From positions 1 to 46,202 of the forward strand of contig MRSU01005048.1 in NCBI GenBank assembly GCA_008369845.1: DNA of 46,202 nucleotides, in the 5' to 3' direction. The notes beneath the pieces are model-generated. The model saw nothing but the letters and a program-made list of their open reading frames with translations, was not told the DNA's origin and did no database searches. Of the stretch, positions 32,501-40,832 are shown piece by piece. The position numbers and the translations under genes are program-made. Source of the stretch: Trichomonas gallinae (Eukaryota). Within the stretch, counting starts at the first letter, position 1; each line of letters begins with the position of its first letter.

Positions 32501-33031
32501 GTTTGGATCTGGTGACTTTCGCATTTCATTTTGAAAATTCGCAAAAACAATATCGAAAATTCTAGAGCTGTAATTACCGACGACACCGAAGAATATCTGG
32601 AAAGCTTTCTGTACGTCATGCGAGTTTGGAGTCTTTAAATTCGAGAAAATAATTATAGACACCATCGCGATTTGCTTTAAAACAGCTTCTCCGAGCGCTT
32701 TATTTGCTGTTTGGTGATCGACACGAAGTAAGCAGTTTTTGGCAAGCGAGCAATAAGCGCAGAACTTGCTTTCTTCGATTCTTGTCGAATTTTGATCGAA
32801 ATTCGAGCTTAATTTCACTATTTTTTCAACAAGTTGCTTGATTATCTCGTCTAAGTCAGTACAACTGAGATTAGAGAACACTATGCAACCATCCGAAAAT
32901 GTCGCTTTTAATAACTCGTCTGAATCGATTTGCGCCACTCTGCTCATCGCGTTCTCCCTGTCACAGAAGCGGCTAATGCTGGCATCAAGAAGCTCTATGT
33001 AGTGACTCACGATCTTCTCGAATTTCGGCAT
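26546..33031 (-). CDS. NF1: Neurofibromin-like RasGAP (HEAT-like N-term, GAP domain, Sec14/CRAL-TRIO-PH module, helical C-term)
   Basis: Arginine-finger AIFRGNG, FGFVFLRFILPAF (FLR motif), then YWIIADFS...GIIVVN Sec14-like and PH-like strands. 2161 aa in NF1 domain order. Confidence 0.8.
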   Translation of the reverse strand: MPKFEKIVSHYIELLDASISRFCDRENAMSRVAQIDSDELLKATFSDGCIVFSNLSCTDLDEIIKQLVEKIVKLSSNFDQNSTRIEESKFCAYCSLAKNCLLRVDHQTANKALGEAVLKQIAMVSIIIFSNLKTPNSHDVQKAFQIFFGVVGNYSSRIFDIVFANFQNEMRKSPDPNVIQNVLSPFIYLSSSIESLAHALEHLIPAVHESPDNCRSIISQIFVDLFTFSIKSAPYEFLHIYQQQSKIAQVERLLDTLQSWDKKSNGIPFIARCSTLLTVPQDVEKGKYNSDFDLITTCFDRTDNVTSLVETYLNALNAGFLLVSETQKIEVFGQNTQKIFNSVLNYTERAMKKILEAKPRIQKFIFVNFGLALYFYDQKIFLEKFLNMLLASIIPTKGNFFCKFISRLCNHRMRIELPNEIIRATIQCIDILTKPNMNCMAMRSLFKGFVYNTEFLETLMRCDYTCIQSIITAAYNNNLYQLCIALLKFFNPERLDGLYQDNQMWNYILNVTTSISSIVIVSMLYQTTTFTDYIPEVTYKIAQFVFCALPDQSVEGSEDLLKRTDVRSILNHFEIIALSLMVSSASDVTKTAVSIINEILNILHQAGNYESITMPFEAYQTLVTNCKNRSSTQAMDPYFIKSLVLVKNQSSGIQTAWNTIYKYFLSALNVIAPDMKLPDIPERKVNKPVSVLHDELPNCFSIIMSLLQPVHNKVIDFVHGFLKDGEFVGQMAVDCLPAALLPTFYNQLTKLIQETIDKMQTTPGVFDVTTENNIYIKNAMKVLRNLLRQPFYYETPVDSSLITKLIMDFTGYCNLVSITDYHILCAHLIVAAMSYYSKDVDANARRQMTNSLGWWLSKPDFSMSSKAATTVLLDALSKLLDGLEFPEQQYLDKFKFFVNIATTVLKAQPKLKNEIQAMLTSLFRSNINTGIVQCISDCLASSTLTRTTFLLSYANVLKKPEPVAPQKEGGDHRDEDLIDILFETRFQLIETLMDLVPFSRAEAVGINLLEAAVLKDAHYELMDFMIKMELKTAHEASKNAIFRGNGVASRAVGHFPRLFGQAWMTHHLRPLFNSIIEEAERGTHFQINPTKIGEGQDIEQNRRNFRTVLRKAIDTILHALKSIPNAIIRVIQILYKRINECFDGLGIHIVFGFVFLRFILPAFSVTALVGLPPLLPEEPRACLLTISVILMGSATKGSLNEKGDHFIVFNDIAAEVHESFKAAIQELIDTDLKDATFEEVEVDKKKVIGVLEGDFSEIRRQLETKIAELSESDPLRKSAEKLNQIVKDVNKNKPAKSDDKPAENVPTNTPALDKFLKNEFKAEPMQDLGQWFYKETHPPADNLLLYHINNAKLPHVNDPTCLFHHIFKMLKIAQQNYWIIADFSVFDKTQFVKPSQLAKYVEMAAGIYSKLNGIIVVNACDAFLQYLVDSAPKFQFKKLFFVKSPEQITEKLGSMPKFIGIASEIFTTIESIHTARLDNAQVFVRLHNKSLQVLRPYPQLPYDAFSIQIYMFDILMSPTLTSDGFTFSYKSNSVTFQTTEGSNLYSLLVAAVSRVNQKQSTDGGVTVDRSSVQWLLLNIAFASLISSERDVSLNYAAMQLVISTYNSFEFTRTSNPADCPEHLVPSNCRTIVASLSRDLAAGNLKETKTFMQEFFKMKPKLPADTLPDTIPFLGPWVENLVRYKIDNGILTQIINFYFNNQSVQNNFNSLVWSTFVEDENIEYLFGILKQMNTKESLRLVNFVAQLNYKFSSRYWVNNFDNGTFAQNVLHSLLMADAFYKATVPDLLVQIINVRDKLNIEQRIEVSKLLNNLLAMLTLHSSSNASNSIKIAVKLYAEPNEPEFEPWAGKLCALAGLISTTLKLLGLDKIKAEILAKFMEKLNTNQGSVQNYIGVIFCSALYTGLADTLVQQMLRVVPFGSDDNNHVLCYSFSLVNLTEKMRASIILIVITRIFTTGAISALTLLNCIGSRESFELLQSLPQTKQLEELTDLPLSTRPFYSLAMILAAYDEKSVCKDLVLKMYALDPAINILAVAYQPELHQYIMSIEYAEEDWPTIAAITFATFMKRPELDEPFIVVKKYIEYNSDAFGCFSGYQELEKRNLLRLIHDNLKILEFGKIYMNQTKKHLVHKVVAQIYSDTKNKPIPTDVSKQIIQDVMTNIL

Positions 33032-33152
33032 TTTTCTTTATAAATCTTAAAAAATTGGCAAAAATAATTTTTCTGTATTTTAGCGAAATCGGATATATCT
33101 AGCTAGAACGCTCTCGAAAAACATATTTTCATTTTAATTTGATAACTTTCGA

Positions 33153-33288
33153 AAAGTGACAAAATGATTTACAAAAGTGACAGTCATCCAAAATTTTCGC
33201 CAAAACATTTGATTATTAGTTTTGAGCAAAAACAGTATCATCTTTTTATCAATTTTGTCACGTTTTTATCTCGAAATCTGTCACTTTT
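33153..33288. promoter_or_regulatory. Cluster of M2 (AAAGTGAC) motifs
   Basis: AAAGTGAC at 33153 and 33174, reverse copy at 33280. More copies at 33822(-), 33866(-), 38431(-), 38458(-), 38647, 38670, 40161, 44404 and 20435, all upstream of genes. Confidence 0.65.
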
Positions 33289-33604
33289 GATAATATCAAA
33301 AACCGAAATTTCGATTATTTTTCCCTCAAAAATAATCATTTTATTTTTGGATGTGAAAAATCTTTTTAAAATAGTTATTTCTGTTTTCAATGTCAAATAG
33401 CCAAAAAAATAAACTGTCAGATTGTCAGATTTTGAGTAATGAAAAATAGTCAAGAAAACGATAACAAAAATATGAAATGTCTTGTAAATTTTGACATTGA
33501 CACATAAACAATAAGATATCAAAAGTGTTATTGCAGGGGTGAGCATTCAATATTAAATGTTAAAAGTTGATAATGATAATTACTAATTTTGAATAGTAAA
33601 CATT

Positions 33605-33673
33605 ACTGTGCCACCCTTTGTGGCGCAGCTACATCGGGTGGCACAGTGCCATCTGTAGTTCTCAACAAAGGTG
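33605..33673 (+). ncRNA. Candidate small structured RNA or GC-rich inverted-repeat element
   Basis: 12-bp perfect inverted repeat plus an alternative long irregular hairpin, in a very AT-rich divergent intergenic region. Confidence 0.3.
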
Positions 33674-33976
33674 TATATTTTTAATATTTACGTGTCAAAA
33701 TTTGCATTTTTGGCAAATAAAGTATCACTTTTCATTTCACCTCACTTTTGCTTTTCATGATACAACATTATAAATAATTTTTGTCTGAATCGTTTGATGG
33801 ATGTAAAATGTATCAAATGTTGTCACTTTTACGATAAGTATTCAATTCACTTTTTTACAAATTCTGTCACTTTTTTAAAAATTCAAAATCGAATTTTTAT
33901 GCATAAAAAAGGCTTATTTCAGCTTTGGAGTGTGTTTTAGTGATTATTTTCAAACTAAAAATTTTTAAATTTCGTA

Positions 33977-36790
33977 ATGGAGAAAAACTTACGAGGTTTC
34001 TATGAAGAAACCATAGAGCCTCATACAGCTGACTCCATAGAAATGACACACGACATACTAGGAAACTTAGCAAATCAAATTAAGCCTCCGAAAAAAGATA
34101 AAATCAAAGATATTCGTTTTTACATGGCAAAAATCGCGCAGTTGCTTATGTTTGGTGGTGAATGTACGCTTAACGTTAAATATTTGTCTTTATTGATGAA
34201 AGATAAATCATATAAAATGAATAGGACTGGTTTCTTATTTTTATCTCTCATACTTAACAGCAATCCAAGCATAGCACCAGAACTTTTTGATTTGATTACG
34301 GCAATGCTCTTCGATCAAAAACGACACAAAAATTACCTTGTTGGCCTTGCTCTTTCAGCAATCAGCGTTTGTCCGACGGCTCCTCTCGTGTCTGAGCTAG
34401 GACACCACGTTGCTGATATAGCGAGGAACCCAAATATAAACGAATGGATAAGAACGAAAGCATTATTAACATTAGTTACATTTTTCAGAGAAACAAAGAT
34501 ATTCTGCAGCACTGAGCAGTTAGTAAGAGAACTGCCGTCTCTGATTAGCTCAACAATTCCATCTTTAATTATCGGCGCATCAAAACTCGCTTGCATCCTT
34601 CTAGAAAACAACCAGATACAACAGGTCAACGATGTTTTCGTGTCTACAATAAAATCTTTGTCACACTTCGTATTATCGGAATCATCATCAAAAAATAAAG
34701 CCACAGACCTTCAAAAACCACAAACAGTCTCCGAATTATTCAAAGTCCTAAAGTATAAAGAAGAATGGGATGACAATGAACTTTCTTACATGACAAATAT
34801 CGCTGCAAAATTATTGAATTTCAGAAAAGTCAAGCGCGAGCCAGAAGCAGAGATCAGCTTCCTCATGGCATATTCAGAGGGGCTTAGGTGTTGCTCCAAA
34901 ATCAAAATCAATCAAAAAGCGCAAAGCAAAATCGTAAATGTTTGTTTAACAAATTTAAACGAAGATAATTCCGAAATGTACCTATTCTCGCTCGAATCTC
35001 TCCTCAATATTATCAATCTCACTGATGAATACGACCAACTGATATTTTCGAAACGCGGATTAATATTAAAACCAATTCACCAGAAAATTAAAGTTCTCGA
35101 CGCGCTGGCGCTCAAAATATTCTGCAAAGTCAGCGTTGGCAGTGAAGAAATTGCAGAATCTATACTTTCAGAACTCGCAAATTTCGCTGGTCCGTGGATT
35201 ATTGACGAAATGCAGTCTGCGTGCGCAAAAGTTATTCTCAGGGGCAACAGCGACGAGAAAGTCTTCATTAAATGCGTGGATATACTAATGAAAGGCACAA
35301 AAGATTTCGGCAAAAAATTTTGGGTCGTTGTTGCCGATTTTGTCGAAAAACACGACAACTTCCAGAAGAGCGCGCTAGAATACTGCCTGAGATTAATGCA
35401 GAACTACGTGCAGCAGCCATATCTAATGTCTCCTGCCTTCATAATGCTCACAGCGAACTTAGCAGGAAACTATGGACATTTGTGCGATTGCGGGCCTAAC
35501 AGTGTCATCGAGACAATTGCTATGAACTTCGACTCCTATGATTCTATATGCCAGGCCATGGTGATAACAGCCATGGTCAAGATAAGCACGAGAGTCCCTG
35601 AATTGCGCGCGCCAGCAATAAATTATCTGTCCGAACATTTGAGCAGCAACTCGACGGAAGTTGTTCAGCGATGCAGGGAAGGAGCCCTTTGTCTGCTCAA
35701 AAACGACATCATTCTCAAGAAATCATTGAGTAATCCGAAATACACAGGCATAGTTTACGAGTTCAGAGTGAATCCTGTGCAGCAATTATCTACTGGTGGA
35801 ATCGCTTCATCACCTTTCAGTTCTAATTCAGATCAAACTAATAACATCGAGCTTAAGCATTACAGAAAAGGCAGCGATGGACAGTGGAATCCTAGTCTTA
35901 TCATGTCGCCGTCAAAACGCGCAGCTTGTGATCACAGATTCGATGTTCACGAGAATTCTCCGAAGCAAGAAGTCGGAGACTCACAGTTGACTTTGGAGCC
36001 GATTTCAGGCGAAGATGATCCGTCATTGTTCCAGACTATGGCAACTTTCGGATCATTAACAGGCTCCATTGATATGACGACTATTCCAACAGATCAAGCG
36101 AATTCTATTTTGGCTCAGTTTTTGACAGAAGACAGAGGAAAGTTATATGATGACGGCCCAACAACAGTTTTTGCGATGATCGAGAAAAAGCTGCCCGTTA
36201 TAACTATAACATACAAAATACAGAACAACGGAAGCATGCCTATTTCTGCTGACGATTTCCACGTTGATGAAGTTCCTGGCTTGCAGTTCGTATTCGGAGA
36301 GAGACCCAATATTATTCCTGCGAACAATTTCGTGATTATTAGGGATCATCTCAGGCCGACGTCTGCATTCGATAAAATCCCGGTCATCACGGCAAGCTTC
36401 AATGGCTGGGAGTGCTACTTCCCTGTGCCAGTGCTGAACAGGATGTTTGCAGCACAACTCGATGTGGACCAGCAGACGTTTGTAGAAAGGTGGCAGTTCA
36501 TCGGCGAAGATATGTCATTAAAAGAAGTCGTTTCAAACGATGCTTTGAACGACGCAGAGATAAGCACAGTCATGGACAAGACTCTTGGGTGGGCCAAGTT
36601 GAACTGGTCTCCAGAGTCAAGGCCAGCTTTCATCGGAGGATATAAGATCTCATCAGGAAATGTTGGAATATTGATCGTTTTCAACAACGACCAGAACAAC
36701 CAGACACACGTTGAGATAAGGGCAACTGAAAAATCAATGCTTCAGCCTTTAGTCAACATCATCAAGAACGAGATCTTAGAATTATTGTAA
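33977..36790 (+). CDS. AP-2 alpha-adaptin-like large subunit (divergent)
   Basis: Adaptin_N-like trunk (YMAKIAQLLMFG, RTGFLFLSLIL, LALSAIS, WIRTKALLTL, TEVVQRCRE), hinge, and alpha-type appendage (FLTEDRGKLYDD, TFVERWQFI, HVEIRAT). Confidence 0.75.
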   Translation: MEKNLRGFYEETIEPHTADSIEMTHDILGNLANQIKPPKKDKIKDIRFYMAKIAQLLMFGGECTLNVKYLSLLMKDKSYKMNRTGFLFLSLILNSNPSIAPELFDLITAMLFDQKRHKNYLVGLALSAISVCPTAPLVSELGHHVADIARNPNINEWIRTKALLTLVTFFRETKIFCSTEQLVRELPSLISSTIPSLIIGASKLACILLENNQIQQVNDVFVSTIKSLSHFVLSESSSKNKATDLQKPQTVSELFKVLKYKEEWDDNELSYMTNIAAKLLNFRKVKREPEAEISFLMAYSEGLRCCSKIKINQKAQSKIVNVCLTNLNEDNSEMYLFSLESLLNIINLTDEYDQLIFSKRGLILKPIHQKIKVLDALALKIFCKVSVGSEEIAESILSELANFAGPWIIDEMQSACAKVILRGNSDEKVFIKCVDILMKGTKDFGKKFWVVVADFVEKHDNFQKSALEYCLRLMQNYVQQPYLMSPAFIMLTANLAGNYGHLCDCGPNSVIETIAMNFDSYDSICQAMVITAMVKISTRVPELRAPAINYLSEHLSSNSTEVVQRCREGALCLLKNDIILKKSLSNPKYTGIVYEFRVNPVQQLSTGGIASSPFSSNSDQTNNIELKHYRKGSDGQWNPSLIMSPSKRAACDHRFDVHENSPKQEVGDSQLTLEPISGEDDPSLFQTMATFGSLTGSIDMTTIPTDQANSILAQFLTEDRGKLYDDGPTTVFAMIEKKLPVITITYKIQNNGSMPISADDFHVDEVPGLQFVFGERPNIIPANNFVIIRDHLRPTSAFDKIPVITASFNGWECYFPVPVLNRMFAAQLDVDQQTFVERWQFIGEDMSLKEVVSNDALNDAEISTVMDKTLGWAKLNWSPESRPAFIGGYKISSGNVGILIVFNNDQNNQTHVEIRATEKSMLQPLVNIIKNEILELL

Positions 36791-36819
36791 ATTTTTTGTT
36801 ATTTATTTTCAAACTTTAA

Positions 36820-37225
36820 GGGATGGCGCAACAATTCAATTTTTATAAAAAGGGGGTAACACTAAATTAATGGGGTACTGAACTTGTAGGTTCTTCTCTG
36901 TGCAAAATATTGAATGCTGATTGGTATTATCCGAATCAGCAGACACAATTCCAATGTTTTTTACGACCGGTGATCAAATCCAATCGATATTTTTTGAAAT
37001 TCGTTTTAAAATCACCCTCAATAATGAAATATGTACTGATATTCTACATTAGTCGAAAAGGTCAAGTGCTTAATGCTTGAAAAAAGAAGCTTTATTGAAA
37101 AATATTTCGGTGCGTAGAGAATGAACTGTACATCATATCTGTACTTTGTCTGACGTACAAAAGCAAACATAGGGGCTGATTGACCCTGATTTTTAGGCCC
37201 GACAAAAAATCGGTTGCGCCATCCA
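36820..37225. mobile_element. Non-autonomous DNA transposon (MITE), Kolobok-like, 406 bp, TTAA target-site duplication
   Basis: TTAA (36816-36819) | G-GGATGGCGCAAC ... GTTGCGCCATCC-A | TTAA (37226-37229). 12-bp perfect TIR with one terminal mismatch, and no long ORF. Confidence 0.8.
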
Positions 37226-37384
37226 TTAATACCAGTTTGCAAATCAATAGTAATATGAACAAAACAGCTATAATTTTATATTAATCCGCAATTCTATGCT
37301 ATATATTGTTTACTTCTCCTTAATTCTATTATATTTTTTAAAAAATGAATATTATTAACGCTTATTCAATATAAATTCTTATAT

Positions 37385-38413
37385 TTAGTAACAACTTTGA
37401 TAAAGTATATATAATGAAAGGATTTCAAACACTTGAAAATAAGATGGGAAGAAAGCTTCAACAAAATATGTCTTTTCTTTTATATCCAATGCTTGAATGA
37501 TACTATTATCGAATGCAATTGCTGCATTACACTTGAAAGTAGAGAGATGATGCAATAAAATAATATCATTTGTTGAATTAATTCCTGATGTCGTGTAATA
37601 TCCTTGATTATCGATACGAGAAATGCTAAAACTATCAATATTACAGTCTATCAAAATCAGACTTGCTGATTTTCCTGCTGTAAAGAAAACTTTACCGTTC
37701 TTATTCGAATTTCTTATTATACATTTTTGAATAGTCGTTTCTGATTCAGAAATTCCAATACAGCCAAATGTGTTAGATCTCTGTGTATTGTTTACAAAGT
37801 TACAGCAATAATCATGATAAAATCCAAAAGATGTATCCGCGTGATATATAGATATAGAATCAAATGAATAACAATCTTCGAATGTGGAGTAATTAAATAT
37901 ACAACTTTTGTTAACAAAACGCACAAATAAGATTGAACTTTTATAAATGGAAATTTTGGAAATGTTAGATGAATATACACCACAGTTTCCAAAATTTGGT
38001 CTAAGTGGACTATCATTATACAAATTCTGAATTGCAGAAATGCAGCTTTCAACAATAATATTATATTTTTGAGAATCTTCAATCAAATATGTATATGAAT
38101 GTATTCCAAAGCTATATTTTTCGTTTAATGATGCATTAATGGAGCAAAATCTATGCTGAACAATTGGACTCGAACTAATAAATTGAATTGCACCGCCTTC
38201 AGCATCACTGCGACAACTATCAAAAAAGCAATATGAATGTAGAAATCTTGTGATAATATTTCGTATTATAATTGTTCCTGAAGAAAAATCTTTAAAGTAA
38301 CTCGCGTAAACATATATATCACAGCTATTATGGGAAATGTTAATGATATGTGTATGTTTTGAATAAGTTTTGCCATTGAAATAATGGCCGTAGTATTTAT
38401 TCCAAGTGTCTAA
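37385..38413 (-). pseudogene. Cys-rich Pmp-like (GGAI / beta-helix) family gene lacking any ATG
   Basis: Frame is open for 342 codons (LDTWNKYYGHYF...CFFDSCRSDAEGGAIQF...VQHRFCS...FVNN...LSTFKC..hydrophobic C-term). It has no Met codon and is bounded by TAG at 38414-38416. Confidence 0.65.
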
Positions 38414-38733
38414 CTAAAAATTTGGAATATGTCACTTTTTACATTTAATGACATCAAGTCACTTTTAATTGAAATAAATCCCTCACTTTTATTTTTACAT
38501 GGCAAATGTTTCTTTTAGAATATTTTAAAAATTTCGGAAAAATAATATAATATATTTACCATCGTGTGGATGAGTACTATTTATTTTATTAATAATTTTT
38601 GTATGAATCGTTTGATGAATAGAAATTTAGACACAAAGTCGTTACAAAAGTGACAAAATTTTTCTGGAAAAAGTGACTGAAAATTTTTGTTGATGAAAAA
38701 AAAGAAAAAAAAAAATATTAATTTCATTTTTAC

Positions 38734-39480
38734 ATGGTTTCACGCTGTAAGTATCAGAGTTCATCTGAAATCGGTGCATATGCAACTCTTACAGACACAT
38801 ATTGCCTCATCCCTACTACAACGACAGACTCTTGGACTTCTGTTTTTGAAGATTTACATTTTGCAACTAATATCCCTCTTGTACATTCAAATATTGCTGG
38901 CACACCAATTGTCGGCAGATTAACTGTCGGCAATAAGAACGGTCTTCTTGTTCCACTCACTACAACAGATTCAGAACTCCGAGCTATAGAGGAATCGCTT
39001 CCAGATGGCGTCATCGTTGAGAGAATTGAGGAAAAGTTCTCAGCACTTGGTAATGTTATCTCGTGCAATGACCAAATCGCTTTAGTTCATCCTGAACTCG
39101 ACCAAGATACGCTCGATACTATCAAGGATGTTCTCCAAGTCGATGTATTCCCTACATTGATTGCTAATGAGACCCTTGTTGGCTCTTATTCAGTTTTTAC
39201 AAATCGTGGCGGAATTGTTACGCCAAAAGCAACAGTTGAAGAGATTGAAGAGCTTTCAGGACAGTTAGGAATCAACATTGAAGCTGCTACTATTAATAGA
39301 GGAAGTGGATTAGTCAGCGCTGGATGTTTAGTGAACAGTGACCATCTATATTGCGGATGGGAAACAACAGCCTTAGAGATCGCAAACTTGACTAGAATAT
39401 TCAAGATTGATGATAGCTCTAATAAGACTAATGAAATCCTTAATATCGATAACCAGGATCTTTTGGATTTGATCTTATAA
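38734..39480 (+). CDS. TIF6: Eukaryotic translation initiation factor 6 (eIF6/Tif6)
   Basis: EIGAYATLTDTYCL, IAGT.IVGRLTVGNKNGLLVP, RIEEK.SALGNVISCND.IALVHP, LVGSYSVFTNRGG, TINRGS. Inr TCATTT at 38724. Confidence 0.97.
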   Translation: MVSRCKYQSSSEIGAYATLTDTYCLIPTTTTDSWTSVFEDLHFATNIPLVHSNIAGTPIVGRLTVGNKNGLLVPLTTTDSELRAIEESLPDGVIVERIEEKFSALGNVISCNDQIALVHPELDQDTLDTIKDVLQVDVFPTLIANETLVGSYSVFTNRGGIVTPKATVEEIEELSGQLGINIEAATINRGSGLVSAGCLVNSDHLYCGWETTALEIANLTRIFKIDDSSNKTNEILNIDNQDLLDLIL

Positions 39481-39933
39481 TCACTATTATGTATTAACTT
39501 AAAATATCTTCTATTATAGAGTGTAGTACAATTATCAGAATGTAAATTGATTTTTCAATAGTGATTAAATTGTTACAACAAAATCTAATGGTTTAACAAT
39601 ATACAACGCAAAACAAGTTATTGCTATGATATTGAAATCAAATTCAATATAATAAAAGAATTAAAAGGTGCAAAGATGGTGATGCACTATCTATATCGAA
39701 AGTATCACTATTAAATTATAGCTAATAACAAATAGAAAATGAAGAAATTTATACTCAATGTGAAATAATAACCTTATTTCGACGGACGAATGTTGATGGT
39801 GCAAAAGTCTTACACAATACAGAAATTTGGCGACTAACAGTGCATCAGTGAGAATCATAATGTAAAGTATTATTTTAACTAAAGCTAAGAAAGGAGTAAG
39901 TATTATATCATTGAAAATTTGTGAAATAATTTA

Positions 39934-40068
39934 GAAAAAATTCAAACTCGAGTTGTAATTGTTTAAATCATTAGATATCATAAATATAACATCTTGAAGA
40001 TGTCTATATAATACCTCCAAAGTTTGGGGCAATTTCCGAGAGCCCTTCGAAGTTTCCATTCCTTTCAA
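39934..40068 (+). repeat. Dispersed ~135-bp degenerate repeat, copy 2
   Basis: Colinear similarity to 9914-10048. Confidence 0.75.
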
Positions 40069-40208
40069 TAAGTGTCGGACAATATTGCGCTGTCGATTTT
40101 AGTTTACGTGCCAAATTTGTCATGTAATGGCATTATGTCTTCCATTGTAATTATATCAAAAAAGTGACAAAATCTACAAAATCTGGACGATAGAAAAGGG
40201 AGGCCACA

Positions 40209-40484
40209 ATGGCAAAGGCATCCAATGGAAAGGCCATGAAGGCCCGCAGGAGGAAGCGGCTTGCTGCACTCGATCCAGTTTATGAGAGACAGAGAGAAAT
40301 TATCGCTGCTAGAATGCAGGCTCACATAGATATGCAAAATGGTCGCGAACCAGAAAATCCACCACCACCAGTTGGCCAGTGGCAAGCTGAAATCAGACAG
40401 TCACCAGCTCCTGTTGCTCCATTCAATCGTGAGGAAATCGATGCTGATGTTGAGGCCCTCAAGAAGCAATTGCTTCCATATTAA
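40209..40484 (+). CDS. Small basic protein, possibly LLPH/LAPS18-like (MAKxxxxKxxKxxRxKR N-terminus)
   Basis: 91 aa with high-expression codon bias and a TAA+A stop. N-terminus MAKASNGKAMKARRRKRL resembles LLPH MAKSLRSKWKRKMRAEKR. Family call tentative. Confidence 0.55.
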   Translation: MAKASNGKAMKARRRKRLAALDPVYERQREIIAARMQAHIDMQNGREPENPPPPVGQWQAEIRQSPAPVAPFNREEIDADVEALKKQLLPY

Positions 40485-40832
40485 ATTTCTTTAGAGTAAA
40501 ATATTCATTGTTGACGTTATATCTAAATACAAACTTATATTCATTACTTACAGCTTGAAAAAAATAACCGAAAACAAAAATTGTGCCTAAATTCACAACA
40601 ACCCCATGATTTATTATCCTATACATGTACAAATATAATTCGTTGTAAAATTAGAGTTAAATAGAGTAAGAAATAAAATGAATAAAAAAAAGTTTAATAT
40701 CAGACTTTGTAATCATAGGATAACAAAGAATTTAATTGATGTAGTATATAAATCATGTTCTTATTATTAGTTACCGAATTAATAAAAACAGAATTATATA
40801 AATTTTCTAAATTTGAAGAACAAACAAATAGT

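Noticed and set aside
33610..33645. tRNA-like look (GCCACCC...GGGTGGCA acceptor-like stem, TGGCGCAGC)
   Set aside because: Only ~35 nt, with no anticodon arm or TTCRA T-arm. Kept only as an unexplained structure.
33642..33673. CACAGTG RSS/Transib-like heptamer
   Set aside because: No nonamer at 12/23 spacing and no partner TIR or transposase.
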